Source: Blastocystis sp. Blastoise
Taxonomy: Eukaryota > Protista > Bigyra: Opalinata
Reading direction: 5' to 3'
DNA: 64,000 nt
NCBI GenBank assembly: GCA_039096225.1
Contig: JBBPEB010000029.1
Coordinates: forward strand, 434,001 to 498,000
Both the position numbers and the translations under genes were made by a program. The notes below the pieces were generated by a model. That model was not told the DNA's origin and made no database searches. It saw nothing but the letters and a program-made list of their open reading frames with translations. Below, piece by piece: positions 1-17,330 of the stretch (position 1 is the first letter of the stretch; each line of letters begins with the position of its first letter).

Positions 1-7
1 ATTATAA

Positions 8-778
8 TTAATTTCCTCTTGGTTTTAATACGGATATATACCAAGGATTCTTCACAATATAACAGAATGTATATATAAGGAAAAGAGTAATAAATACTAA
101 AACAGCAGTATTAATATATTCTCCTTTATTTTCTTTACCAGGCTATATATATATGTTATATATATATTATTATTATTATTATATAAATTATATATACTTT
201 AGCTCCAAATTCAATGAGATATAATACAGCCATACAACAAGCAATATCTATATATATATATATAAGTTATGATTATTATGATTATTATTATGATTATTAT
301 GATTATTATATATATATACTTAGTACACCCGTAATAAGTCCTTCTAGGACGAATTGTCCCTGGCCATTTCTACTGAATACTTCGCATCCCTGTTGAGTAC
401 AATACATAAATGGAGGCTCTTTAATAATATCATAGATAAGACCTGACACTGCAAGGGCATATCTATTTATATAGTTATATACATAGTTATATATATAGTT
501 ATATACATAGTTATATATATAGAGAGAAATAAAATGTTATTTCATATATATATATCATTATTTAAAAACATTGTAATAATATTAATTTTAAATATATATA
601 TATATATAATAATGAATAATATATACACCATTAAGCAAAGAACTAAATAATAGAATTTATGGCCCACAATCTTATATATATTTTCAGCTTTAAATAAATA
701 GAGATAAGCAGCCAAAGGGAGCCCAAATATAAATACACAACTGATAATAACCTGAGGCCAAGGGAAACGATATATAGG

Positions 779-810
<32 letters not shown>

Positions 811-904
811 TTAGTATTATTGAATAAACTAATAATAATAATAATAATATCTCAAATAATAATAATATCTCAAATAAGAATAATAATAGATGTATTTATA
901 AAAC

Positions 905-939
<35 letters not shown>

Positions 940-1554
940 TAAGAGCCAATTTACTACGAATAAAAGAGGCATAATGTTCTGCTCTTAAGGCGCCTTCGAC
1001 GTTGTGATTCATCATATTATCTTCAGGAAGCTATATATATATATATAGAATATAAAAGATTGAATATAGAATATATATAATAAATACTATATAATAAATA
1101 CTATATAATATAATTTATTTATAATAATAAAAATATAAAATAAAAAATATAAATATACTTTCTTATTAATATGAAGAGTACGAGGAATAAAAGCAAAGTT
1201 AGGAATACTTTCAAATTCATGATATTTAAATACACGAGGAGCATTCTCATGTAATACACGAATAAATAAAATATTATTTTCAGGATTTTCCATTTTATCA
1301 TAGCAAGAAGCTAATAAATTAAATTCGGTGTTTGAGTTTCTACAAGTACCACAATGATAACGAGAAGATAAAACAGTATAAAGAACAAACGCATCAAAAT
1401 CTCTTCTTTGTCTTAAAATATATTCTTGATATTGATCATCATTTAATGTGACAATACCATTCTTTTTTAATTTACTCAAAGTTTCAAAATTTGAAGAAGC
1501 AGTAGCTTGACATAAAATTAAGCTTGCAATTATAAACAAAGAAAGACGAAACAT
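8..1554 (-). CDS. OST3: Oligosaccharyltransferase OST3/OST6 (MAGT1/TUSC3-family) subunit, about 6 exons
   Basis: Signal peptide and thioredoxin-like lumenal domain with CxxC (HCGTC). Later exons encode TM helices and end ..VKNPWYISVLKPRGN, with TAA at 8-10. Confidence 0.85.
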
Positions 1555-1917
1555 GGTTCTATAGATAGTTTATAAATAGAACATCTATAAAATAAAACAA
1601 ACGTACATTATATCTTCTCTTGTAGATACGATAACAACGATATAATCTATCAATAGTCTTTTAATAAAAACATATCACATTCTTTAATGATTTTCATGGG
1701 AAATTGAAAAGAGACAAAAACACAGCGATTCTTGCAGACTAGAAGTTCATGAAGAATCCCACGGGAATACACGTCGAACAAGAAGAATTTTCGTTTTCTC
1801 TCAAGAATTCAGCGAGTTCTTATTCTTTTTTCTGTTTCTTTAATTATTATTTCTGTTTATATCAATTTCATTTTCTATTTTACTGTTTATAATACCTTGT
1901 TGATTTAAAAAAATAAA

Positions 1918-3009
1918 ATGTCATCGGAATACGAAACATCTCAATCAAATGAGAAAGAAGAAGATAAAGAGAATCTTCTCGAGTGTAACATATGTTATGA
2001 AAATGCACATAAACCTGTTTTGACACCTTGTGGACACATTTTCTGGTAAATTCTTAGTTTTTATTCATTTTATAATACTTTTAATATCTCATAGTTGGCC
2101 TTGTTTATATGAAGTAGGATAATTATGACTAAATTTTGATCTAAATTTATATTTAGTGGCTTAATTATGGTCATCAAACTTGTCCTGTTTGTAAAGGAGC
2201 TATTTCTAAAGAATCTCTTATTCCTATATATGGGAAGGGATCTGATCATAAGGATCCAAGAGATGAAGCTATTCCTGAACGACCTGAAGGACATCGAGCT
2301 CCACCACCTCCACAAGTATCTATTACATTTAATAATATATTTTTGTTTTTTTATTATTATTATGTATATTTTATTCGTTTTTAATTATATTTATATTATT
2401 CGTTTATAATTATATTTATTTTAAGCTAATAAAATATTTTTTTTTTCTATATATATACTCATGTTTCATATAGAATAATTTCTTTAATTTTGATACATTT
2501 GGTAATTTGGGTAATGCTTTTTTCCCGGGATATGCTGCCGCCAATGTAGGTGGTGTTAATATTATGTTTGGTGGTACTCTTGGTCTTATTCCTTTACTTA
2601 TTAATGGAGTTTATGTATATTTATTATATATTTATTATTATTATTATTTTTCATTTAAATTGATATTATTTTTATTATATATATATTTATATATACATAT
2701 TCTATATAGTCACTTGCAAGAACATTTATGAGTATATATATTCTATATATATTAATTATTTTACAAATGAATATAATAATATATATTTATATATATGTAT
2801 ATATAATGATATGTATAGCATCACAAAATACTACTGCTGCTCCAGGTAGAAATAATAATCCTCTCTGGGAAAATAATAATAATACAAATAATGCAAATAA
2901 TAATAATAATCTAAATAATAATGAGGGTACTATGCAGAATAGAGAGCAAATAACGCAGATTATTATTGTGATTGTTCTCTTCTTCCTATTATCTTGGTTC
3001 ATTCAATAA
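1918..3009 (+). CDS. RNF5/RNF185/RMA1-like tail-anchored RING E3 ligase, multi-exon
   Basis: Spliced reading LECNICYENAHKPVLTPCGHIFC|WPCLYE|WLNYGHQTCPVCKGAISKESLIPIYGKG..DPRDEAIPERPEG, with a hydrophobic C-terminus IIIVIVLFFLLSWFIQ*. Confidence 0.88.
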
Positions 3010-3312
3010 AAATGTATACTTTTGAAACAATTATTGCTTGTATTATTATTTATGTTTTCTTTTTTGTTGTGTGTCAATATTAGTTCTTTATTTTAAAAGT
3101 AGTTATATTATTTAATTATGTTGTTTTATAAAAATTTTAATAATTAAAAAAAATCTAACCATAAAAATATACAAGAAGAATAAAAGACAACAAAGTAATA
3201 TAAAATAATAATGTCTAATGATTTTTGATAATTCCCGATAAATTTATTCATACAAATTAACTAATTCATTCATCCATGTATATATGAAATGTAGAAGTAG
3301 TTATATATATAT

Positions 3313-3618
3313 TTATAATTCTTGTTTAGCAAGAGCTTCCTTAACATCAGAACCACGAGGAAGATTAACAAATAAATCCTTTCTCTTTTCAATTTGTTCA
3401 ACAGTCTGTTTAAGATCTTCTTTCTTTGTAGGAATAGGAACTTGAATAGAATTGAACATATCAAGAGTTTCAAAAGTATGTTGAAGAACAACCTTCTTAG
3501 TAGAAGCAACAGTCTTCTTAGCCTTCTTCACTTTAGTAACTATATATATATAATATAACATTTAGTAATAATCATAAAAAAAGTATTATAGATAAAAATA
3601 AAAAAGATAATAAAAAAG

Positions 3619-3693
<75 letters not shown>

Positions 3694-5333
3694 CTATATA
3701 CCACTTCCAAAGAAGTCTTCATCTTGCTTTTTGAATAACTTAAGATCCTTAGCTTTTTCTTCTTTAGATTTATCTTCCTTAGTTTCAGAAGTCTTCTTAG
3801 CTTCATTAGCATGAGTATTTTCACCAATATAAGCCTTACAATAAGTAAGAAGACGATCACAAACATTAATTTCCTTTTCAAAAGGAGGTAATTTAGCTAA
3901 TTCAGCTTCAACAGCAGCTTGTTTGGCTTGTTGTTCTCTCTCATATTGTCTATCTTCAAGAATATGTTTAGCATCTCTTTGCTTATAGATATTACCAATA
4001 TTACCATAGTAAAGCTCTTCATTCTTTTTAAATTCTTCAAAAGCTTGTTTCTTTTCAGCATATTTATTATCAACTTCTTTCTTAATTTCATCTTTCTTAG
4101 CATAAATAGCCTTAACGGGATCTTCTTCATTAGTCTTAGAAGCATCGAGAATCTATAGAATAATAATAATAATAATAATAATAATAAACATAATAAACAT
4201 AATAAACATAATAATAATATATATATATACATCTTGAAGAGATTTCATATTAGCCGATAATTCATCAAGAGTAGCTTTAGTTTCATTGATTTTAGTATAT
4301 AATTCTTTCATTTCATCACGAATCTTTTGAATATCACCACGAACATCCTTAAACTTAGAAGCTTCATTGAGTTGCTTCTATATATATATATGAATAAATA
4401 TAATAATAATAATATATATATAACTATAATAACATTCAATATAAACATAATAATAATCAACATACTCTAAGTTCAGAAATCTTCTTATTAATATTCTTTT
4501 CTTCATTAAGATTAACAGATTCAGTAGCTATATATAAATAAATATTATAATTAAAAAAAAAGAAAAATAACAAATAGTATAATTTCTAAAAAAAAAATAA
4601 TAATAATAATACTTACAAAGTTTAAATTCTAAATCACTAATTCTTTCTTCAATAGCTTCAGGCTTAAGAGTAGACTTTTCTCTTTGAGCTTTATCTAAAG
4701 CATCTAATTGAGTAAGCTTAGCTTTCTTGGCATTAACAGTATCAAATAAAGATTTTTTAGTCTTAAGGGCTTCACTGAATTTAGCTCTAAGAGAAGATAA
4801 ATCAGCAATAGTAGCATATCTACCTTCTTTCTTAGATTTACGTTCAGTAAGAATAGCTTCAACATCTTTTTGAAGATCATCAGATTTCTTTCTTAAATCA
4901 GCAATTTGATCATCAATCTTCTTTTGAGCTCTAGCTAAATCTTCCTTAACAGGTTTGTTATACTTAGGATAAGGAGTATCAACAATCTTTTGGAGTTCTT
5001 CGTCAGAAAGAGCAAGTAAATCTTCTTTCTTATAAGTAACTCTATTACGATGTTGCTTCTTGGAAGCATCAGCAGCTTCAGCAACAACTTCAGTAGTTTC
5101 AGGAGCTACTTCAGTAGCTTCAGGAGCTACTTCAGCAGTTTCAGGAACTTCAACAACAGCAGGAGTTTCAACGGGAGCAGAAACTTCAACTTCAGCAGGA
5201 ACAGGAACACTTTCAGTAACAGTAGGAACGTCAGACACTAAAATTTACAAAAAATGAATTAGACATAACGTTTATAAAAATTTTTAGATTTCAATATTAT
5301 TCATGAAATATCTTGTTATTTTATATATATACT
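3313..5333 (-). CDS. Bfr1 / proton-pump-interactor-like coiled-coil protein
   Basis: Long K/E-rich coiled coil. PPFEKEINVCDRLLTYC and C-terminal LQHTFETLDMFNSIQVPIPTKKEDLKQTVEQIEKRK resemble Bfr1-family motifs. The ATG is split by intron 5332-5238. Confidence 0.6.
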
Positions 5334-6216
5334 TATAACCGGGAACACAAGAATATTAACAAAGAACAGAACGAAATTATATAAAATGCATGACAATAAA
5401 AAAGTCATTATTATTTCGTGAACATTTGACCCTATTTCACATTTGGATTTGGGTTTTTCTACAGGAGCTCTTTTCATAATTATGGCACTTATATTTCCAA
5501 AAGATCTAATAATTTTCTATTTTGTTTTTCTCACTTAGACATTTTTTCATGATTATTTTTGCTAGAGGGACTGTACTTCAGTTTCATTTCCTTTTCTGTA
5601 TTTCACTGAACATATATATTATTACATCTATTCTTAACAAATCTAATCAGTATCTAGATTATATCAAAACTTAACTAGTATTTAAGTGAAAATCATTATA
5701 TTTTGATACTATAATTCTATTATTAAATTTGTTTCTTTTTTAAAATCTATTACTGAATCTTCGAAAAGCGAAATAATTAAAAATGATTCACAACAAAAAC
5801 AAAAAATGACATAAAAATTGTTGTTTTTCAGAAAAAACATTTTAGAGATATAAGGAATGTTAACTTATAAGTCATACATTATACTTAATAAGTTTTACTT
5901 ACAATACAAGCTTGTATATAATATATCAACCACACAGATATCATTTATTTCTATTTTATTATATCTATCATTCTATTATATTCGTGAGTACATTATTCAA
6001 TCAAAATAAAAAATAATATACTAATTTAAAAATGAAGTTATTGTGAAGACTATGAAATATTTAAATTACAGTGAATGAGCAAGAGATATTCGCGGGTTTT
6101 AAAAATGAGAAATTTGTGATTTTTCTTAAAACAATTTCAAGTTCAGAGAATAGCTAACTCGGGTTGTTTCTGAATAATTATTAATATATTATAATAAAAA
6201 GTTATTTCAAAGAGTA

Positions 6217-7095
6217 ATGGAAGCTGAAGGACCATTTGTTGAAACAGAAATTATTTTTGAAGTCTGTTTACTTCCCTCCGATCTCACAAATCTTATGGAT
6301 GGTGTAAAGAAGAGTCTTTATTCCCAACTCATGAAATATTGTGAAGAAGTTCATGGAGTTCTTATATCTATGAGTAAAATAAACATTATCAATCAAAGTT
6401 CTGCAATCGTTGATGAATCCCCTTATCTTCGTTTCAATGTTCAAGCTAAGGTTGTTGCATTCCAACCTAAACGTGGAATGATTTTATCTGGTATCGTAAA
6501 TAAGGTATATTGTTTTATTTATTATGTTTGATATTTATTTTTTAATTATATTATATTTATTTTATTATGTTTATTATATTTATTCCTATTATACAGACTA
6601 CTGCAAACACTATTGGTTTACTAGTTTATGGTGTTTTCAATGCTTCTATTCCTGAAGACTTATTAAGCGAAAATTATAAATATGATATTAATAAAGAACA
6701 ATGGTATTTATAATATTATATATATTAATAATAATAATAGTAATATATATATATATATATATATATAGGTTATATGATGAAGATGTTGTTGAAGTAGGAA
6801 ATAGTATTCCATTCAGAGTTGAAAGGTATATATATAAATATAATCAATATAATAAAATACAATCAATATATTTATAAATAAAATCAATATAATAAAATAC
6901 AATCAATATATTTATAAATACAATCAATATAATAAAATACAATCAATATATATATAAATAAAATCAATATAATAAAATACAATCAATATATATATATTAT
7001 TTTTATTTCCTTAATGCTATATATAATTTTATCTCTAAAATAGATTAAATGAGACTATTGGCATCTTAAATATTACAGGAAGTGTAAAGGAATAA
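6217..7095 (+). CDS. RPA43: RNA polymerase I subunit RPA43, 4 exons
   Basis: LMKYCEEVHGVLIS..IVDESPYLRFNVQAKVVAFQPKRGMILSGIVNK|TTANTIGLLVYGVFNASIP; ends ILNITGSVKE*. Confidence 0.88.
6841..6995. repeat. Intronic minisatellite, about 39-bp unit x4
   Basis: AATCAATATAATAAAATACAATCAATATAT(T/A)TATAAATA repeated in the last RPA43 intron. Confidence 0.85.
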
Positions 7096-7656
7096 ATAAT
7101 ATAACTCTATTTGTACAACTATTCTACTATTATTTCTCCTCTATGTATGTATTTTTTTCTTACAATCGTATATGTTTCTATTTATTATGTCGTTCTGTGT
7201 GTATATTTTAAAGCTGTTTTGTTATTCTTTTAATAAGAGTTATAACTACTTTTTTATATCTAATTAAATCAAATATAAGTTTTTCCTATTCATATTTCTC
7301 ATTCAATTACTCTCTATTTATAAAGTTGTTCTTATCATCCAAACAGTATATACATAGCTACTATTTTTTTTAATCTATTCAAAAATTATACAAAGATAGT
7401 CACTTATTGATTTATATAATAATAAAGAGATATACATATATACTTTGAACAAAACTATGGAATAATTGTATATGGACGTAAAAACATTGAAAAATAAAAT
7501 TTTAAAAAAAATTAACAATATACACAAAAAAAACAGAATATATACTTGAAAAACACTTTTAAAAATATCATAATATATCTATATTATCATATATTATAAA
7601 TAGAACTATTTTAGAAAATATATATACAAATAACAAATAATAAAAAGCATATTAAT

Positions 7657-9451
7657 TTATTGTTGAATCCCCCAAACTTCATAATCATCAACAATAAAAT
7701 GATTATCAACATCGGCCTTGTCGGTATTCACAAATAATGAATATTTCTGAGAAGTGTTGAAAACAGCTGAGCAATCTCCACGGCAATACGATTTATTATT
7801 ACGATGGCAATCATCACGTATACTAATATCATTTCCAATTATTTGTGGTCCTATCGCTTTATCACAACCTATTCCATAACTCTTATCACTTGCATAATAC
7901 TCATATTTAGTAGGAGGAATACCATGTTCATTACTTAAAGTAAATAAAAACTCTTTTGAATATGGCTTGAAACCTATAAAATATATATAACTATATATTC
8001 TATATTTGATAGTGTGAATAATATATATATATATAATCTTTATAAATTCTTATTATCTTTATAAATTAATAGAATCTTTATAAATTTATAGAATCTTTAT
8101 AATTATCTAAATATATACCACTTTCACAATCCCAACTTTGATCTGTATATCCTCCAAATATATTAATACATTTATTATGACCTATATGTTTAACTAGAGT
8201 TACTGTTTCTCCTTTATTATCACATAATTCATGGAATTTCTGAACAGAATAATCGTGATCAGAAGCTCTATATAGAATTATTATAGAATTATAATTAGCA
8301 TATTACTATATTATTATATTATTATTTATAAAATAACAATAAAAAATTAAAAAAATATATCATAAACACAACAATAATGAAATAAATATATCTTATAAAT
8401 ACCTGTATAAAAGCTTCCATTTCTTTTCGCAACCTAACCATTGAATTAATGGAGTTTCCATGATTTTTGTTTCAATAATATTTGAATTTAGGAAAGATCG
8501 AGTCTTAAATGATATTTCTTCTTGAACTAATGATTTTCCTTTTTCACCAAATAAATCAAACATTTCTGATTCAAGTAATGTTTTATCTATTGTCTGTATA
8601 GAATCTTTAGGAATATTGATTATATTATTCTTTATATATTGGTAAATATAATCAATATATTTATATTCTTTATTGATATAAAGAATATCATCATCAGAGT
8701 TATAATCAACAAATCCATTTTTATACTTCATAACATAATTATCCCACAAATCATTACTTTTCATATACTTACAAAGCAAAGGAGCGTTCTGATTATTCAC
8801 AAGAAAATGAACATCGTCACCAATGACATATTGCTTGCTAGTAATACTTCTTCTTTCACGAGCTACAGTAAGAGAAGCAGGAAGTGGTAAGCCACAAAAT
8901 TCAAATAAATCAATAAATTCTAACTGATCATGATAATCATGATTACTAAAATCAATTTGTTTTCCATTAACGCAATCCAACAAATAGTAAGCTAAAGCAT
9001 CACTTCCAGTATAATCCATATATATTGATCCATCAGTTGTTCTACAGTCATCATTATATTGTTCTAATATATACGAACCTTCTAATGTTTCAAGAACACC
9101 TTTTGAAAGTTGAAATACAGGACCTGAACTTGTAAAACGAATATATTCAATTCCAGTATCTGTAGAATCACGTACAACTCTATTATTCTCACCCTTAGAA
9201 GGAGTATCTGGTTTTGTATCAGGTTTTATAGAAACTGATGGAGATTCCAAAGGAGTGCCGTTTTCACTTTCAATACAATCATTTGCAATATTACGTATAA
9301 GACGTGTTATAGATGCTCCAGAATGAATTCCAAGAGACAATACAGAGCTAAATACTGAGACAATATCACGCATTAGTTCTTCGTACACAAAAATATCATC
9401 TTTAAATCGATTAAATCGATCCAAATCAAACATTACTTTCTGCTTGACCAT
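7657..9451 (-). CDS. BTB/POZ-like + TLDc domain protein, 3 exons
   Basis: KKWKLLYR|ASDHDYSVQKFHELCDNKGETVTL..IFGGYTDQSW..FLFTLSNEHGIPP..DYEVWG is a TLDc signature. The N-terminal IRFTSSGPVFQLSKGVL..GS..DGSIYMDY resembles a KCTD-type BTB. Clear paralogue of 32411-33952. Confidence 0.88.
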
Positions 9452-10105
9452 TTTGAATAATCTAAACAATAGAATGTAATTAATTTAATTGAAAGAAAGT
9501 ACTAAAAAACAATTCTCAACATTTTTTTAAAAACGAATTTTCAGTATTTCAAAAAGATATCCCAACGATTCTACTTGTAAATTTTTTCTTGCATTTAAAG
9601 TACTATTATCTACTATTGGACGGTTCAGTTTGTTCTGAAATGCAATGTTTTCTTGCATGTACTAAGAGAACAGCATGATGCTTCGTATTTTTAAATAAGT
9701 ATTTTTCGTGAAATGTTCTTTTGGTGTCATTCATGTGTTACCTATCACAGTTTTTATTTTGTACGTATGTGTTTGTTGATATGGTCTGTTCCTTTTTGCT
9801 TTATTCATAATATCTTTTGGAATGAAACTTAAATTATTTGTAGACTGTTTTTTATTATATTTTTTTATCTACCGAATAGATGATATTGATCAAGTATTTA
9901 CTTGGTCTTGTAATTGAACTCTAAGACAAAAATAATTTTAATTCCATTTTGAATAGGATAGATATAATAGTATTTTTATAAACGTATATATATTGCAAAA
10001 ACGAAAATATTCAAATAGTTATTTTAATTATAAAAAAAAATAAAGAATCTTAAATATAAATAAAGCAATAAAAATAAATACATTATAAAAGTAAATATAT
10101 AGTTA

Positions 10106-12637
<2,532 letters not shown>

Positions 12638-13921
12638 GTTGTTCAAACAGTCTAACAATGAAATGATAAAAAAAGAGGCAAAAATTGAAAAAGTGTCTAA
12701 AAAACGAAACTGAGCAAGGAATAAATAAGGGAAATTATTTCAAATGTTTGTTTTTCACATAATATGATTAACACATCATAATATATTCATTTCAAAATAT
12801 ATTTTAAAGATAACTAATCATTTTTATCACATTATGAAGATTATTATTATAATTTCTGGGGATCACTTTTTTCATGATCTCCATTTTGGTTTTCATATAT
12901 TAAAACAAGTTTTTGATTCGTTGCACAATTATTAGAAACATTAAAATAATAGTGATTATATAGTAATTTTTAAAAATGAATTAAATGTGTGACTATTTTT
13001 TTTCATTTATAGTATCAAAATTTAATAGTCTTATTTCATTAATTTCGGACAATATAACAATATTTAAAAAATAATGATAATTGTCAATTAAATCTCAAGA
13101 ATTCCACACAATGTCTTCAATAGGCATTTTAAGTATTTTAATCACGTATCCAATAGTTCTAGTCTATCAACAACAGTTTCTTTCTAAAAATATATATCTT
13201 CTCTCCGAGTTAACATTTTCTATCTCTGTAGAATATGACCAAGCATGTACCAGATGTTTAGGGAATTGTATGCTCTACTGTATCCATGTATGAAGAAGTA
13301 AAATAATACGATAGAAAATTTAAAAAAATAAAATGAAACTTTAAATAAGATAGAAATAAATGTACTGATGATACAATATATTAGTGAACGATAAAATGAA
13401 GTTTTTAAATGAGAACTATGTGCATAGAAAAAAATTAAAATAATTTCTTTTTAAAAAAATATAAAAAAATGAAGTTGTTATCACCGATGGATCTATAAGT
13501 AAATAGAATAAAAAACAAAAGGAAGAAGGTCTAATAGGGTTAAAAAATAGAAAAAATAAATTATTGTTGTGTATTCATGATTATTTACAAAAAAATAAAA
13601 AATAATTTATCTGGAAAGAAAGCAAAAAGTTGGGAAAAGACAAATATTTCCGTGGAAATAAAAATACCGCAGAAAAATGAGTGGTTGCTGTATTAAAATA
13701 AAAGGTATAAAAGTTGAGAATGATTGTATTGGAAATCTCTATACAAAAATAAGGTATAATAACCAGTGGTTCAAAGCGTTTAGTGATTATAGCTTTTCCA
13801 TGAAACATAACGATTTCAAAAAACATGGCGCATCACTTTACTATTCTCTTTTCTTTTCCTTTGAAAAAAAGTTGATATACCAATAATTTATTGATTACCT
13901 TTTCCATTTGCTATAAACAAT

Positions 13922-14335
13922 ATGGCTGACAACGCTGTTACTGTTCGTACTCACAAGTTTATGCGCAACCCTCTCTTAAAGAGACGTCAAATGGTTGTTG
14001 AAGTTCTTCACCCTAATGTAGCTAGTGTCTCCAAGGAAGATATCAAGAAACACATTGCTAAAATGTACAAAGTCAAGGACTCCAAATCTATCATTCTCTT
14101 TGGTTTCCAAGTTGCTTTCGGTGGTGGTAAATCTAAGGGTTTTGGACTTATTTATGATTCCGTCGAAGATTGCAAGAAATTCGAACGTAAATACCGTCTT
14201 GCTAGATTTGGACTTGATGAACTCAAGAAACAATCTCGTAAGATGATCAAGGAAAACAAGAACCGTCAGAAGAAGGTTTGGGGTACTGGCCGTCGTGCTG
14301 CTGCCCATAAGGCTAGAAAGGCTGATGAAGAATAA
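13922..14335 (+). CDS. RPS24: 40S ribosomal protein S24 (eS24), intronless
   Basis: VTVRTHKFMRNPLLKRRQMVVEVLHP..FGFQVAFGGGKSKGFGLIYDS. Confidence 0.98.
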   Translation: MADNAVTVRTHKFMRNPLLKRRQMVVEVLHPNVASVSKEDIKKHIAKMYKVKDSKSIILFGFQVAFGGGKSKGFGLIYDSVEDCKKFERKYRLARFGLDELKKQSRKMIKENKNRQKKVWGTGRRAAAHKARKADEE

Positions 14336-14606
14336 ACATAAAGTATTATTTGTATGCAGCTCATGGAAATTACTTGGTAATGTAATAATCTTTAATGTTT
14401 AGTTGTATTGCCTTTTATTTTTTTCTTATTAAAAACTTTTGTAGATCAGGTTTCTTCTTCATATACTACAGTGGTCTATTTCATGTCTTCTACTTATTAT
14501 TCTATACAACATTATGATATTTAGAACTGTTTTCTTTTATTATTATTATTTTAATTTTTGAACGAAACAAATTATTTTATTACATAAGAGTGTATTATTC
14601 GCTATT

Positions 14607-15797
14607 TTACATTATACTATTGACATTATTTGTTTCAGAGGAGGGTAATTCTTCTAGAATTTGACTTGTGACCCTTTTGACATCTTTAAAGAATCTATAT
14701 ATCATGCAATAGTTTATATAGGAAAGAAAATGCATACTTAATATTATCAGGAAAGTTTAGAATCATTTTTGCGAACAGAACATCAATGAGAGGTGTTATT
14801 TTATCTTTTCGTATTCCAATTTCAAAAGACATTTTGATCATATAAATAATAGTAGTAAATAAAATAGAGTTGACTTTATGTCTAGTATAATGTGTGAATA
14901 TTTCTTCTGAGATATTTGTAGTATTGATATTTTGTTCTTGAAGATAATGTTTTTCATAAGTATCAATCATATTTGTAGAGAGACTAACTAGTTCGTTTAT
15001 CTGTTCTTCAAGTGGCTTTTCTTTCTATATAGAATAGTATATATTGTGTAATGAAATATTATAAGGCAATAGTAGAAAACATAGGTAGTGTATATAATAA
15101 TAATATATTGAATAATAAATAATAATATATTGAATAATAAATAATAATATATTGAATAATAAATAATAATGTATTGAATAATAAATAATAATATATTGAA
15201 TAATAAATAATAATGTATTGAATAATAAATAATAATGTATTGAATAATAAATAATAATGTATTGAATATTAAATAATAATGTATTGAATAATAAATAATA
15301 ATGTATTGAATAATAAATAATATATGATATCATTTATATATACAAGCATGATTTGAATAGATTGAATAGGATATTGTAAAGAAGCTAATGACTCGTTAGT
15401 CGTTTTAAGATTATCACGAAGCCATATATAAGTAGAAGAAGTTTTAATAGAATAAGACTATATATATATTTATAATACTTACTAGCAAAATTATATATAT
15501 ACGAAGAAAAAAGTTAAAATATGATATATAAAAATATAATACAGTATTGATTTATAACATAATATCTAAAATATTATTTTTGTAATATTTTAAATAAAAT
15601 CAGAATATATATATATATCATTTATATATCATTTATATACATTTTGTTTGTATACATTACAAAGAGTAGATAATTCTTTAAGTAATATATTTTTTCTTTC
15701 TAATAGAATTCCATAGAGTTCCATCAAGTTATAATCAGAATTCGATAGATCAGGAGAGATAGAAGAATCAAATAACTTGGAATTTGGAATAGGACTA

Positions 15798-15838
<41 letters not shown>

Positions 15839-17330
15839 TATAAGGAAGAATTATATAAATGAGATAAACAGGATTTGAATATATATATATATATATATAT
15901 ATACAAAATTGTTCAAATAATTGTGGTTGTATATAAGAAGGAAATCCATTGACCTAATAATATTAATATATATATATGTATATATATGTATATATACAGC
16001 TACATCCCATATGTTTAATAAATGTGTACCGTCTTGTAGTGAATCAAAAAGTATTAATAATTGCCAGGAATTGAGACTATAACTCAGTATACTTCCTTTG
16101 GCGATGTATTTATATATAGGATGAAGAGCTATTATGTATATAGTGTTATTATTATTATATAGAGTGTATTATTATTATTATATAGAGTGTATTATTATTA
16201 TTATTATTATATATAGTGTTATTATTATTATTATATATAGTGTTATTATTATTATTATATAGAATGCTATTATTATTATTTATATAGAGTGTATTTTTAT
16301 TATTATATAAAGTAACTATACTTAATATATATATATAAATATAGTCATTATTATAATAGTATATATATATATATACCATAAACAGTAGTTCCAATAGAAA
16401 AAGGAGCCAGTTTATCGAATGACATTCCATTCCTTTTTGTTACAGAAGTGTTCTATATATATAATATATATATAATATATATACATGATTTAGTTGTGTA
16501 TAAATAGTATATTTCCTATATTCAGCGAGTGACCTCCTTTCAGAGGCAATAAATGCTGCACTAAATCGCCTTACAGCACCCATTTTATGGCGAATATGAG
16601 CCCATTCTCGACGGGTATGTTTTGTGGACTAAAAGAAATATAGGAATAAATATAATAATAAATAAAATAAATATAATAATAAATATAATAATAAATATAA
16701 TAATAAATATAATAATAAATATAATAATAAATATAATAATAAATATAATAATAAATATATAAATATAATAATAAAAACAGTTATAAAAATACTAATAAAA
16801 GACCTAAAACATATAAATATAAAAATCTTATATACAGAAATATTAAGTTGTTTTAAAAGCATGGAAAATTCATTGAAGAGAAAATATTGTCTATCTATGG
16901 TACTATAGAAGAATTCATGATACATCCATAATCTTGATTTCCCACGTAAAAAGTTAGATAAACGAAGAATAGCAGATTTGGCATTGATCTATAAGAATGC
17001 TTATAAATAGGAATAATGAACAAAATCAATATATTTAGCAAATCAATAGTATAACAAGCATGTCTGTTGAGAATATAAATATAATAAAATTAAGATAAGA
17101 ATACTTTAGAACAATGAGCATTTTCATTATACGTATCAATTTCTTTTATTGTATTGTATACAGATCTATTTTATTTGTTTAGATATAAATAAGTGATTAT
17201 AAAGAATAAAATATACTCATTAAGTCGATGATTGAACAAAGCCTTTGTTGCTATTCTCTATAAATAAGCGTAAACATAGACACAGATATACTAAGTGATA
17301 TGAACTATAATATACATATGGATTATCCAT
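14607..17330 (-). CDS. LIN9: LIN-9 / ALWAYS EARLY (DIRP domain) MuvB/DREAM subunit, many short exons
   Basis: Spliced reading LRLSNFLRGKSRLWMYHEFFYSTIDRQYFLFNEFSMLL..HTRREWAHIRHKMGAVRRFSAAFIASERRSLAEYR matches the DIRP pattern. It is followed by Tudor-like PFSIGTTVM|ALHP..KGSIL. Confidence 0.88.
15105..15320. repeat. Intronic minisatellite, 22-bp unit x about 9-10
   Basis: ATTGAATAATAAATAATAAT(G/A)T tandem copies in a LIN9 intron. Confidence 0.85.

Noticed and set aside
13081-13886. Short ORFs or a possible small RNA between RBBP4 and RPS24
   Set aside because: No recognisable protein, snoRNA box or snRNA signature; most likely promoter or intergenic DNA.
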